A stretch of DNA of 64,000 nt, from contig CAZYAB010000004.1 of NCBI GenBank assembly GCA_964645705.1, positions 295 to 64,294 on the forward strand. Reading direction: 5' to 3'. Positions 1 to 10,668 of the stretch are shown here, piece after piece. A program made the translations under genes and the position numbers. The stretch comes from an uncultured Methanosarcinales archaeon (GTDB taxonomy: Archaea > Nanobdellota > Nanobdellia > Woesearchaeales > CAXGTL01). The notes beneath the pieces are model-generated. The model did not search any database and had not been told where the DNA came from. It saw only the letters and a program-made list of their open reading frames with translations. Position 1 is the first letter of the stretch, and every line of letters begins with the position of its first letter.

Positions 1-2492
1 TGATTAAGATTTGAATTTCCTGAAAACTTAAGGAAATTTTGTTCAAAAGATCTTAACACTTCGTGTCTTATTGACAAGTCTGCTTTATAGATAACAACTG
101 AATTGTATAAATTACAACCAAGACTATTTGCTAAACAATTATCTTTAGTAACTCTTGTTTTTTGTACACCAAAACAACTTTCATCTTCACCTGCAAATAT
201 ATCTCTATCATCACATTCTGTTGTTAATTCAAAGTGTTGCGTAACTTTGCCAGCACACGCATTACCTCTATTACCAGAACATTTTTGTTCAAATGTTCTT
301 GTAAAAATATCATTTAAATATTTACCATTTTCAGTTGAAAGTATTCTTTGCAATTCTAATTCACCTACGCCGCCTTCTTCAAAAGGAGCAGAAGAATATA
401 ACTCTTCACCTGAACCACTATCTAAATCAACACTAAAATTTAATTTAGTTCTAGGATAGAGAGACAATTTTCCAGATTCGTCTGCAGACTTAATCTTTGA
501 ATAAAATAAATTATCAGTTTTTCCTCCTGCTAAAAGATAATAAGGATTGCAAGTTTCATAATTAATATCAAAACAATTTGTATTTTGCGATACAAAACTT
601 CCGCCTTGCCACCGAGGATCGACGCGACCAGATAATTGCATGTTTCCACTACAACAAGCATGTGTTGCTAAAAAAGGTTCGTCATCAGGAACAATTTTTA
701 TATATTTGCCAGCAGGTGCATAAGATATTCTGGAAAAATCTACACCATTATATGGATATGGCGCTGTTCCTGGTTCTTGAAAAGGAAAACAACTAGTCAC
801 AAACAAATCTGAATAAGGAACTTGGACAGACGATGTAGTGGGAATAAATAATTTTACCATATCACTCTGATTAGCAAATGGAACTACAAAAGGATCATCA
901 ATATCTTTATCAAGTTCATATGTTCTTTCATTTGTCTTTAATACAAAATATTCATCATCATCAGCATAAGGATAACCAAAAAACTTGTATTGTAATTGTA
1001 TATTTTCAAATTCATTCTTTGCTTCACAAAAAATACAATCCACATCAGCACGAAGCGTGTAAGGATCTTCAGTAGACGCATAAATATCTTCTGCAACAGA
1101 GAATTCATTTTCACCCCATATCTCAAATCTAGGTTTATCATAAACAAATATTTTTATATTTTGGTAATCTTCTAATTTTTGCCTATCAATAACTTTTACT
1201 TTAACAACATGATGACCAATGTCTTTTAATGATGTAGTGTAATTAGCATTTGGTTTTTTTTCTTCATAAAGTTTAGAACCTGTCCACAAAAATGGTTTAT
1301 CAGGATTTGTTACTTTTTCATAATTTTCTGTATCCAAATTATAAACAACATTCTCTGTTTCCATCCATCCAGAATACAGCATCTTAAGATTAGTTTCTTC
1401 ATCAGGGTCATAAGCAATAGGCTTAATTATTATTTCTTTTCCTTCTTCAACCCTTATATCATAATCTGTTTCTAGCTCAAGTCCTTGTTGTTTAATTAAA
1501 TCAAGCGCAGGAATCCTGTTTTGTCTTGTAAATATGAATGTGTAAGGTTTGCCGTCTAATTCAGAATTAGAGTCTGAGACAATAATGATATCATCATATT
1601 TCTTAGTATTGTCACAACCACTGCACGCATTCTTAATTTTGCTAACCTTAAAACCAGTCTTAACTGTCTTCAATTTTTTATAATCTTTTTCAATATCAAA
1701 TTTAATATCTTTTATTTCATTATTGATTAGATCTTTTATAAAGTTATGAAAATTTTTCATTCTAACATTTTTTATTATTTTAAAATTTTCAACACCTGAC
1801 AAAACATTACCAGAAAATAAAAAACTAATCCTTGTCTTAAAATCAAATATAACTTTTCCTTCACCAAACACGACAGTAACATTTGGTTGTTCAGATAAGC
1901 TAATATTATAATTAGGAAATGCCTGACTAAACACAGTACTTTCTAAACATTTTCTAGTGCCATTAATAATATACACCTTTAACTGTTTTTCAAATGACTT
2001 TCCAAAAACATCTAAGCTAGGACAATTCTTATTATCACCAAAAGGTTCGCACAGATTAGCAATATTTTCTTTACCATAATACGCTTTGTTTTGATTTTCT
2101 AATTTACCAATGTAAGGATAATCAGGCACAGGCAATGGATAAAATTCTGCATTTGGTTCTCTTCTTAATATTCCATAATTAACTTTAAAACCACCATGGT
2201 CTATTGAAACTCCTTCATCTATAAATCCTCCTTGATCTTTGTAAATCACGCCACCTTGTTTTCCAATAAAATTTAATCCTCTTACAACCTCCATGTCTAA
2301 ACAAGAATTAATTGATTCTTTTATTGAACTCTGCTGCAAAAGTCCAATATATGTTGCTTCTCTTTCAACACTTGTTTGGGCATCATGCGCATTATTAAAT
2401 ACAAAATAAAAAATAGAAAATCCAGATACTAAGACTATTGAAATAAGTAGAAAAATTGCTATTTGCCCCTTTTTTTGTCTCTGAAAAAACAT
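1..2492 (-). CDS. Large pilin-like/surface protein with class III (KKGQ) signal peptide, Cys-rich C-terminal part; partial, runs off the window start
   Basis: Absent from the ORF track because it is truncated. ATG at 2492 gives MFFQRQKKGQIAIFLLISIVLVSGFSIFYFVF, then ...SINSCLDMEVVRGLNFIGKQGG. The frame was spot-checked open at the start and at the window edge. Confidence 0.75.
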   Translation of the reverse strand, partial: MFFQRQKKGQIAIFLLISIVLVSGFSIFYFVFNNAHDAQTSVEREATYIGLLQQSSIKESINSCLDMEVVRGLNFIGKQGGVIYKDQGGFIDEGVSIDHGGFKVNYGILRREPNAEFYPLPVPDYPYIGKLENQNKAYYGKENIANLCEPFGDNKNCPSLDVFGKSFEKQLKVYIINGTRKCLESTVFSQAFPNYNISLSEQPNVTVVFGEGKVIFDFKTRISFLFSGNVLSGVENFKIIKNVRMKNFHNFIKDLINNEIKDIKFDIEKDYKKLKTVKTGFKVSKIKNACSGCDNTKKYDDIIIVSDSNSELDGKPYTFIFTRQNRIPALDLIKQQGLELETDYDIRVEEGKEIIIKPIAYDPDEETNLKMLYSGWMETENVVYNLDTENYEKVTNPDKPFLWTGSKLYEEKKPNANYTTSLKDIGHHVVKVKVIDRQKLEDYQNIKIFVYDKPRFEIWGENEFSVAEDIYASTEDPYTLRADVDCIFCEAKNEFENIQLQYKFFGYPYADDDEYFVLKTNERTYELDKDIDDPFVVPFANQSDMVKLFIPTTSSVQVPYSDLFVTSCFPFQEPGTAPYPYNGVDFSRISYAPAGKYIKIVPDDEPFLATHACCSGNMQLSGRVDPRWQGGSFVSQNTNCFDINYETCNPYYLLAGGKTDNLFYSKIKSADESGKLSLYPRTKLNFSVDLDSGSGEELYSSAPFEEGGVGELELQRILSTENGKYLNDIFTRTFEQKCSGNRGNACAGKVTQHFELTTECDDRDIFAGEDESCFGVQKTRVTKDNCLANSLGCNLYNSVVIYKADLSIRHEVLRSFEQNFLKFSGNSNLN

Positions 2493-2536
2493 TTTAATAA
2501 ATACATTTTTAATTATTATTCATAAATCAATCTTAA

Positions 2537-5500
2537 TCAATCTACATCAATTTCATATGAAAAATAAACATCTCCTACATAAGTATCTTCCATTAAAACA
2601 TTATCAATCATAATTTCTGTATTAACAGGATCTTTACACATAACAGAATAATGATAAGGAATTGCATATGCTTGTGAACAATAGCTTGCATAACAATAAC
2701 GTTTGTCATTTGTAACAGCAGCATAACAAAGTGATGATATGTCAAAACAAACATCTGGTGGACAATTCTCACCTACAACTTTTGCATTTTCACAATAAGT
2801 ATGGAAATTATCATGGTCTTTTCCAAGTTTCAGTGCTTGGCCAAGATTAGCAATCATTATACACATGTCTTTTTCAGTAGAATCTTCTAACACATCACAC
2901 TGTTCTTCAACAACAGTATCAAAATCAGATAATTCTAAAGATTCTAATATTGTATTACAACCTGTATTCATTTCCTCAACTTCATCTAATTCTAAAGCAC
3001 CACCAGCAATATCTGCAAATATACCAAAAACATCATTGCATATTTCAGAACTTGACTCAGCAACACCTATACATTTGTTTGCAAATAATCTATCAATACT
3101 TTCACCAGTTGTTATTAATGAACCAAATAATCCATCACTACCAGCACCTAAACATTCAGTGATCATCTCATTAAACTGTTCACTAAAATCTAATTCATAA
3201 CTATGCAATGTTTGTTCAACATTCTCAGGATCCATTAATTTAAGATCATCATCAGTATCATATGAATAATCAGGAATCTGCACACCGTCTAATGAAGGCT
3301 TTATTTTACATTCTGCTTTTCTATTTGTTTGAACAAAGATCTTCGGATTTATATTTATAATATCATACATTGCTTCTGATGGAATAATATTTACTTTCAT
3401 AGTATCATAAAATACTCTTAGTATAAACACATCATTCATTTCATTTTTGCCAAGAGTATTGTCCCAACAATTTATGTAGAATATGTTCTCACCATTTTTA
3501 CCTAGATTAGGTTTTAAAACAACATGATCTTTCTTTTCTGTGGTTGTTATATCCATCATCTTAAATCCATCATCAACAGTATTAGCGTCTATGACATCAT
3601 CAATATCATCACTTATATAACATGAAGAATCTTTATCAACACTGAATGTTATTTCTTTAACACCTTCTTGTATTGTTTCATAATATATTACGCTTTCTGG
3701 TTGAGGACTTATCGATGAAATTAATATTTCTGGACCATCTCCTCTAACAGGATTATCATCTTCACCATCTAAATAACCATCACCGTCTGTATCAGGTTCA
3801 GTAGGATCACATGTTTCACCAAACTTTTCTAAACATTCTTCGAATTCTTGAAGATTTGTATATTTATCACCATCAATATTACATACAGCAATATCAAGAT
3901 TAGAAATATCATCACCTGAACAAGAATCAGCATCACTATTAGGATCTAATCCATACTCAATTTCCCAATCATCTCTCATTCCATCATCTTCAGTATCTTG
4001 TTTAGTAGGATCAGTATCATGAACAACTATTTCATCATAATCATTCAATGTATCATCATCAGTATCTCTTTTATCAGGCATTGTTATTTTATTATAAAAC
4101 CTGTGACTTGGATCTATTTTTGGTTCTATTGCAAATTCAGAATCTGTTCCAAATATTTCATTAACATCAGGTATAAAATCAGCATCAGTGTCAAATTCTC
4201 TTACTAATGTATTATGACTTGCTTCTCCATAAAATAAATACACATTATTTTCAAAAGTATGGGCAATACCAAGATCATTAACCCATGATTCATAATAAGC
4301 TAATTGTTTTGCACTTAAACCTGACACTGGTACTTCTTTATTAAGACCATCTATCAAATGATCAAAATCACAATCAGGATTATAATTGCATGCTTTTGAC
4401 TCGCCAGCAGTATTAGGATAATCTACTAAACCATCATTATCATCATCATCATCTAATGTAAGACCGCTTGCTTCTATCATATCATCTGTTGCTCGAGAAT
4501 TCCAGACATCTGGTTTTCTATCTTTATCAAAGTTAAGTGCAGCAGCTGGTTCTGTTGGAAATGCGTCTAAAGCATTTGTTACACCATCTTCATCTTGATC
4601 ATCATCACAAGGATTAAAGCTTTGTTCTGTTTTACAAACTTTTCCTGAACCACAGACAGGATTTTGTGCAAGTTCGCCACATTCTATAATTTCAGAATAA
4701 AAATCATCAACAACATCTACGCAAATACCCTTTTTAGGACCATTTGGTATCCAAGGACAATTATCTTTTATTTCACCATCTTCTTGTTCTTCTGCAACAC
4801 ATCCTCCTGAAGGAACACCTAATCCTGATGAATAACCTATTTCACCATCACAAATACCATCATTATCATCATCAAGATCACAACCATTTGGAAAACCATC
4901 ATCATCAATATCAGATTCACCATAAGTACCATCATCAATGCAAATGCTTGTTTGTGCTAGTTCAACATGTCCATCATAACCAATTGCAACTAATCTTATA
5001 TAGTGGTAACCTTCTGCATTTTTCTTATAAAAATCATTTATATTCTTTTTAATGTTTCTACCATATACTACTCCATTTATTGTATCTGACTTAGGATCTT
5101 CGTCAATATCCCAATAAAAAGATTGTATGTTTTCTTGGTCTGTAAAAGATCCTCTTAATGATAATTCTTGATTAACATCAAACCTATAATTCTCTTCAGA
5201 TTCAAGATTAGGGAAATCTATTTGTGCAGTGAAATCTTTACTAGGAAATGTTTTATCATGGAACCTTATCTTTGCAGTTGCATCATGCCAGATATTAAAA
5301 TATCTAGGCCTTATTGCACTCACAATATAAGTTGGTTTTTCATTTATATCTCCATCTTCATCAGGTTTTGGTAATGTAACAATGCATTCTGCAAGATAAT
5401 CTTCATTATCAACTAATTTTGAACAAACATCAGCATTAAAATTTTTAAATTCTATTATCAATATACCAGACGAATAATCAGCATAATCAGATTCATACAA

Positions 5501-8500
5501 GATTTCTCTATATCCTAAAACATTTCTATCATTATTCTTAGCAAGATAAATTGTATTAAAATTATCAACACTGTCTAATAATGCAAACTCTTGTGCATCA
5601 TCATCATAATAATAAGCTCCAAATATTTTTTTAATAAAAGCAACCAAACTAATAACAGGATGTTCAATCATTTGCGAAAATATTGTTAGTGTTTCTGTAT
5701 TAGGTCTCACACCTTGCCTGCTATAAATAACTGATCCTGTTCCTCTATTCAACCAAAGATAATTATTAGTTTTATCATCAACACAATAATTATAAGTGCC
5801 GTCTGTTCTTAACGCACGTTCATTATCACAATTATCATTATCAGGTGTAATTCTTAAGAATCCGTCAAGTGCTTGTGTTAATTCATTATTTTCATCTTTA
5901 TTCAATGTTGCCCCTATCACAACATTTTCTTGATTTTCACCATATGTTAAAATACAAAAATTATTAATCCTTTTCTTTATATTTCTTGAACCTGACAAGA
6001 ATTCTGGTAATGAACTTATACCTTCTATTGGATATTCATAATAATTCAGTGTATTTGTATAATTATCACATAACAAAGCAAAAGGAGGAATTTCCCCTAA
6101 TGGATTTTTCATTAAACCAATCTTAGCAAGTTCTTCTGCTAACAACTTAGTTCTTGAAGTCCAGTTACCAACTCTACAATAATTATCATCTTCCCAATAA
6201 CCATTATCAACACATTCATCATTCCAACATTGTTCATGAGATAAACAATAACCACTGCTTGAATTATCATATTTTACTCTGTAATAAGTTTCAACCCAGT
6301 CAGCTTGTTGTATTTCATCATCATACTTACAAACATACTGATCAAATCCAAATTCTTTTGAATTCTTTTTACCCCATTCACTTGTAAAAGAACCTTTGAA
6401 TTGTGAATAATCTGTATTATCTCCTGGACCATTGAATGAATCTTTTGGAATAGAATCAACACAACCAGACCCATTAAAACAAAAATCGTCAGGACAACAA
6501 CCTTTATCATTAACCATGTCATAAAAAAATTCATATTTCATGTCTTCATAATTTTCATCACCTTTATCAAAAGGAATTTCTCTTGTTGTATTTCTTTCAT
6601 TAGCATATATGAACCTGTTTAATCTCGGTGAAAAGAATGTTTCATCACTCCATTCTGGTTCATCTATATTACCATGAGGATAAGAACAAAAGAATTTTTC
6701 TCCTAAAACTTCACAAAACTCAACATCTTGGTTAATCATATCATCTTGAACCAAACTTTGAGGCAAATTAACATTATTTGCAAAACAACTATGGAATTTC
6801 CCGTTATCAAAAGCAATTTGTAAAGGAATATTTTCAGCACTGATAAATGCATTGCCATCAGAAGTGGATTTACAGCTCACATCTATTTCATCATTTTCTT
6901 GTAAACTAACTAATCTAAAATCTACATGAGATTCTGGACATATTTCAAAAAGATCAGAATCAGCATTAGAATTAGAACCACTTAATTTCGCATTAGTAAC
7001 AGGATAAAGACATTTATTATTCATACAAACCTGTGTTTTTGTAACAAATTGTTCAGTATTAGTACCTATATCAAACTTATATTGAACATTACCAATCCTC
7101 ATATGAGGTGTTGCAACATTACCTTTCCAGCAACCATAATATTCATCAGCATAATATTCATCATTGCCGTATGTTTGATCATCACCACAACACCTTGTGC
7201 CTGTCCAAGAATAACCAGGCGTTGTTGAACAAGCATACATTGTTGCTCTTACATTTTCTCTATCAAGTTTATCAGTATCTAAATCATTAACCCATATTCT
7301 TTCTTTATCATTCTCAGTATATTTATTAGAAACACAGTAATAATTATCATCACTTGAATCATCTGGATCATCATTATATTTTAATGATAGTCTATCAATA
7401 TAAACAATGTTATCATATGGTTTATTACCATCAAAAACCTGAAACTGATAAGAAGTCTTTACTTCTGTTGGATCTGCAACTAAAGCAATCAACCTTACAT
7501 TGCTAAGATCTATGCCATATTTATTTTGCACTTCTTGTATTGGTATCACAACATGCAGCCATTTATCAAGATTAGGACTGTTCACAATAAAATCTTTGAC
7601 ATCAAGATCTTCTATAACAATATAATCCAATGGATTAAATGTTTCATGATCATTTCTTGATTCTCCGTAAAATCTTATCTTCAGAACATAATTAGTCATT
7701 GTTTTATAAAAAAAGTCTAAGTAATCATACTTAGTAAAATCATATATTTCTGCATCAGAATCAAGATTGCCACCGTCTGCTTGATTAATAAAAATAGGGA
7801 AGAGGAATTCATCACCGAATTCAACAGTATCCTTATCAAATTTAATTTTCAAAACTTGGTTGCTAGACAATTGAGGAAAATTAACAAGGTCATAACCAGG
7901 CATACTAGTTGTTTCTATATTATCAAAATCTTTTAATGTTGTTGACAATGAACCTGCCAATCTTAGTTTTGTTATGAATTTTCCAGTATTTTCTTCACCA
8001 CAATATTCAAGATTAGAACCACAGCACTGAACAAACGCACCCCTTTTATCATGCCTATCACATAAATAAGTAACAGATTTATGATGATAATCTATGTTTG
8101 GTACTTGCGGAGTAGGAGTACATGTTTCAAATTGTGCAAAATCATCTAAACAATCTTGGTCAATTCCATCTCCGCACGGATCAAAAGCACCTGGATAAAT
8201 GTCAGCAGCCCTAAAATTTCCTGCATATTGTGTATGATCATCAGCAGGATTATTATCACAATCTTCTGGTTCAATAAATCCATCACAATCAAAATCTTCT
8301 AAATCATACCCTTCAGGACAATTAGGCACATCGTTATCACCAACTGCGAAACCAACAACATTAGCAATCACATCACCACTTATAGAAGCAAATCCAGACG
8401 ATGCTTGAGAAGGTGAAGATACAATATCTGAAAAAGAACTTGTTACTTCGCCTGTTAATTGTGGTTTATCAATAAACCTTTCACCATCATCAGGATTAAT

Positions 8501-9505
8501 CTTTGCAAAATTCTCTAGATCATTATCAGCAATTGTTATGCTAGGATCTGGCATACAAACAAACCAGTGTTCATAATTAGAAACAACATCATAGACAAGA
8601 TTGTCATCTCCCCTGTATACTTCGAATGTTTTAAAAGGAATTTCTTCATTACTAAACCATTTATATTTTTCATGATTAATACAAAGATGTTCTTCATATA
8701 TCATTCCATTATCATCAACATCATCATTACCACAACATTTATTATTTTCAGGAGCACCATCATAAAAAGCTTCAGTTCTGTAAATGTCTAATTGTTCAGG
8801 ACTTAAACTAGAATCTATTTTATAAGCACACCTTGTTTTATATTCTTCAGGAGAATATTCTGGTAATTTACAAGCAACTTTTTCATGATCACCACCTAAA
8901 AGATCTCCTCCAATACCTAAGTTAGTACATTCTATTATTTCATTTTCAGGCAAAATAGGACTATCAAATTCACCTACAATAGTACCATATGAAATTACAT
9001 AATAATCACCATCATCAGGAGCACATTCAAGTCTTATATCAGAATAATCTTCATTTTCTCTTAAACATGAAACAGCACATATAGATGTTTGTACAGATGA
9101 TTGAATATCAAATATACTTTCACCACAACTTGCGAAAGTTTCATCAGGACCACCTGCCAATACAGCTTGATTAATATTTCTAGCTAGATTAATCTTACTA
9201 TAAATACTACCTGAATTTACCTTAACAATATAAGAACCACAAGTAGATGGAGGATCAGAAGCAGGAAATGGTGCTGGTCTTTGATGTTTTTCACCTGAAC
9301 ATGCTTGGAAACTGTGTCCAGCAGTTGTATTTGTACAAAAGAAATTACATTCAGGAACAGGAAACTGGATATTGCCTGGAACACCTTGTCTGTCTACAAC
9401 ATTACGTCTATTATAATACCCAGGTAAAAGACCAAAAACACCAAAACTAGAACAAATAATTAAAACAATCAAACATACAAAGACAAATTTCTTATTAAAT
9501 CTCAC
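2537..9505 (-). CDS. Giant (2322 aa) secreted acidic Cys-rich surface protein with thrombospondin type-3-like Ca-binding repeats
   Basis: N-terminal signal peptide, GTG start, many DxDxDG motifs (DIDDDGFPNGCDLDDDNDG, DTDGDGYLDGED), DCDG...DC metal-binding motif, CC clusters. Confidence 0.75.
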   Translation of the reverse strand: MRFNKKFVFVCLIVLIICSSFGVFGLLPGYYNRRNVVDRQGVPGNIQFPVPECNFFCTNTTAGHSFQACSGEKHQRPAPFPASDPPSTCGSYIVKVNSGSIYSKINLARNINQAVLAGGPDETFASCGESIFDIQSSVQTSICAVSCLRENEDYSDIRLECAPDDGDYYVISYGTIVGEFDSPILPENEIIECTNLGIGGDLLGGDHEKVACKLPEYSPEEYKTRCAYKIDSSLSPEQLDIYRTEAFYDGAPENNKCCGNDDVDDNGMIYEEHLCINHEKYKWFSNEEIPFKTFEVYRGDDNLVYDVVSNYEHWFVCMPDPSITIADNDLENFAKINPDDGERFIDKPQLTGEVTSSFSDIVSSPSQASSGFASISGDVIANVVGFAVGDNDVPNCPEGYDLEDFDCDGFIEPEDCDNNPADDHTQYAGNFRAADIYPGAFDPCGDGIDQDCLDDFAQFETCTPTPQVPNIDYHHKSVTYLCDRHDKRGAFVQCCGSNLEYCGEENTGKFITKLRLAGSLSTTLKDFDNIETTSMPGYDLVNFPQLSSNQVLKIKFDKDTVEFGDEFLFPIFINQADGGNLDSDAEIYDFTKYDYLDFFYKTMTNYVLKIRFYGESRNDHETFNPLDYIVIEDLDVKDFIVNSPNLDKWLHVVIPIQEVQNKYGIDLSNVRLIALVADPTEVKTSYQFQVFDGNKPYDNIVYIDRLSLKYNDDPDDSSDDNYYCVSNKYTENDKERIWVNDLDTDKLDRENVRATMYACSTTPGYSWTGTRCCGDDQTYGNDEYYADEYYGCWKGNVATPHMRIGNVQYKFDIGTNTEQFVTKTQVCMNNKCLYPVTNAKLSGSNSNADSDLFEICPESHVDFRLVSLQENDEIDVSCKSTSDGNAFISAENIPLQIAFDNGKFHSCFANNVNLPQSLVQDDMINQDVEFCEVLGEKFFCSYPHGNIDEPEWSDETFFSPRLNRFIYANERNTTREIPFDKGDENYEDMKYEFFYDMVNDKGCCPDDFCFNGSGCVDSIPKDSFNGPGDNTDYSQFKGSFTSEWGKKNSKEFGFDQYVCKYDDEIQQADWVETYYRVKYDNSSSGYCLSHEQCWNDECVDNGYWEDDNYCRVGNWTSRTKLLAEELAKIGLMKNPLGEIPPFALLCDNYTNTLNYYEYPIEGISSLPEFLSGSRNIKKRINNFCILTYGENQENVVIGATLNKDENNELTQALDGFLRITPDNDNCDNERALRTDGTYNYCVDDKTNNYLWLNRGTGSVIYSRQGVRPNTETLTIFSQMIEHPVISLVAFIKKIFGAYYYDDDAQEFALLDSVDNFNTIYLAKNNDRNVLGYREILYESDYADYSSGILIIEFKNFNADVCSKLVDNEDYLAECIVTLPKPDEDGDINEKPTYIVSAIRPRYFNIWHDATAKIRFHDKTFPSKDFTAQIDFPNLESEENYRFDVNQELSLRGSFTDQENIQSFYWDIDEDPKSDTINGVVYGRNIKKNINDFYKKNAEGYHYIRLVAIGYDGHVELAQTSICIDDGTYGESDIDDDGFPNGCDLDDDNDGICDGEIGYSSGLGVPSGGCVAEEQEDGEIKDNCPWIPNGPKKGICVDVVDDFYSEIIECGELAQNPVCGSGKVCKTEQSFNPCDDDQDEDGVTNALDAFPTEPAAALNFDKDRKPDVWNSRATDDMIEASGLTLDDDDDNDGLVDYPNTAGESKACNYNPDCDFDHLIDGLNKEVPVSGLSAKQLAYYESWVNDLGIAHTFENNVYLFYGEASHNTLVREFDTDADFIPDVNEIFGTDSEFAIEPKIDPSHRFYNKITMPDKRDTDDDTLNDYDEIVVHDTDPTKQDTEDDGMRDDWEIEYGLDPNSDADSCSGDDISNLDIAVCNIDGDKYTNLQEFEECLEKFGETCDPTEPDTDGDGYLDGEDDNPVRGDGPEILISSISPQPESVIYYETIQEGVKEITFSVDKDSSCYISDDIDDVIDANTVDDGFKMMDITTTEKKDHVVLKPNLGKNGENIFYINCWDNTLGKNEMNDVFILRVFYDTMKVNIIPSEAMYDIININPKIFVQTNRKAECKIKPSLDGVQIPDYSYDTDDDLKLMDPENVEQTLHSYELDFSEQFNEMITECLGAGSDGLFGSLITTGESIDRLFANKCIGVAESSSEICNDVFGIFADIAGGALELDEVEEMNTGCNTILESLELSDFDTVVEEQCDVLEDSTEKDMCIMIANLGQALKLGKDHDNFHTYCENAKVVGENCPPDVCFDISSLCYAAVTNDKRYCYASYCSQAYAIPYHYSVMCKDPVNTEIMIDNVLMEDTYVGDVYFSYEIDVD

Positions 9506-9648
9506 TTACCTACCCCTTTTTATATATAGTTATAGTTAATTTATAAGAGATTTATATATAAAGGTTGCTATTTTTACTAAATAAAGTTATATATAGATAC
9601 AGTAATTCAATAATATTAATAAACCTAGAAATAAATCCATACATAGAC

Positions 9649-10668
9649 ATGGAAAATAATAAAAACAAAAAATTAGAGGAAATCAAGATAGAAATAACTA
9701 ACAAATGCAATAAAGATTGTTATTTTTGTTTCTCAACAAAAACATTAGAAAAACAAGATATGGATTTTGATACAATAATAAGTATATTAGACCAGGCAAA
9801 AGAAATAGAAGCATTGGGTGTGAGAATAACAGGCGGTGAACCATTACTACACAAAGACATAAAACATATTCTACAAGAATGTAGGAAAAGGAATCTTTAT
9901 ACAATTGTTAATACAAATGGAGAATTATTCACAGAAAATAACATAGACATTCTAAATAATGTTGATGAAATATTAGTATCAGTACACTCAACAGAAGAAT
10001 TTGAAAATAAAAAAGAAATAATAAATAGAATAAAACAATCATTCACTTACCAAACCAGGGGTGGGGGGCCGGGGGTAATGGAAGGTGGGCCTAACCTAGT
10101 AATCAAAGCATGCACAATAATGACAAAACAAAATATAGCTCAGCTAGAAGAATTTTATAACTTTTTTGAACAAAATAAAATTAATCAATGGTTCTTGCTA
10201 AGACCTGTTTCAACAGATAAAGAAATTGGATTAGACAAAGAACATGCAATTAAATTGATAAACAAAATAATACAATTAAATAAAAAACACAAAACACAAA
10301 CATTTATTGCAAACGCTGTTCCTTTTTGTATTTTAGATGAAAATAATAGTACAGAAAACAGATCAAAAATGATAAACATTTGCATTGGTGGAAGAAATGA
10401 TAATGCAAACACAAAAATAGTTGTTGATGTAAATGGTAATATAAAACCAGATTATCATTCTGAAACAGTTTTTGGCAACATAAACAATAACACTATAAAA
10501 CAAATATGGAACTCAGAACAATTAATGAATTATAATACAATAAACATTCCTGACAAGTGCAAACAATGTGATTACTTTGCAAAATGCAAAGCAGGAATAT
10601 TATTAAATGAAAAACAAGAAATAGATGGAAGAAAAATAAGATTTGACCCTTTGATGAAAAATGATTAA
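9649..10668 (+). CDS. Radical SAM protein with SPASM/twitch-type C-terminal domain
   Basis: CNKDCYFC motif, ITGGEPLL, NTNG, C-terminal CKQCDYFAKC. Start moved to ATG 9649 (the track's upstream start covers promoter-like AT-rich DNA). Confidence 0.85.
   Translation: MENNKNKKLEEIKIEITNKCNKDCYFCFSTKTLEKQDMDFDTIISILDQAKEIEALGVRITGGEPLLHKDIKHILQECRKRNLYTIVNTNGELFTENNIDILNNVDEILVSVHSTEEFENKKEIINRIKQSFTYQTRGGGPGVMEGGPNLVIKACTIMTKQNIAQLEEFYNFFEQNKINQWFLLRPVSTDKEIGLDKEHAIKLINKIIQLNKKHKTQTFIANAVPFCILDENNSTENRSKMINICIGGRNDNANTKIVVDVNGNIKPDYHSETVFGNINNNTIKQIWNSEQLMNYNTINIPDKCKQCDYFAKCKAGILLNEKQEIDGRKIRFDPLMKND
10054..10089 (+). repeat. 36-bp G-rich element, copy A (in-frame inside the radical SAM gene)
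   Basis: ACCAGGGGTGGGGGGCCGGGGGTAATGGAAGGTGGG; 29/36 ungapped identity to 21698-21733. Confidence 0.75.

Noticed and set aside
103..9450. Many short plus-strand ORFs in the track, and similar antisense ORFs across the window
   Set aside because: Shadow frames of long, motif-bearing genes on the opposite strand; low-complexity translations with no motifs.
9649..10668. First radical SAM as the missing HxsC
   Set aside because: It has a SPASM/twitch-type tail and no HxsC-specific features I can recognise; cannot be assigned without an HMM search.
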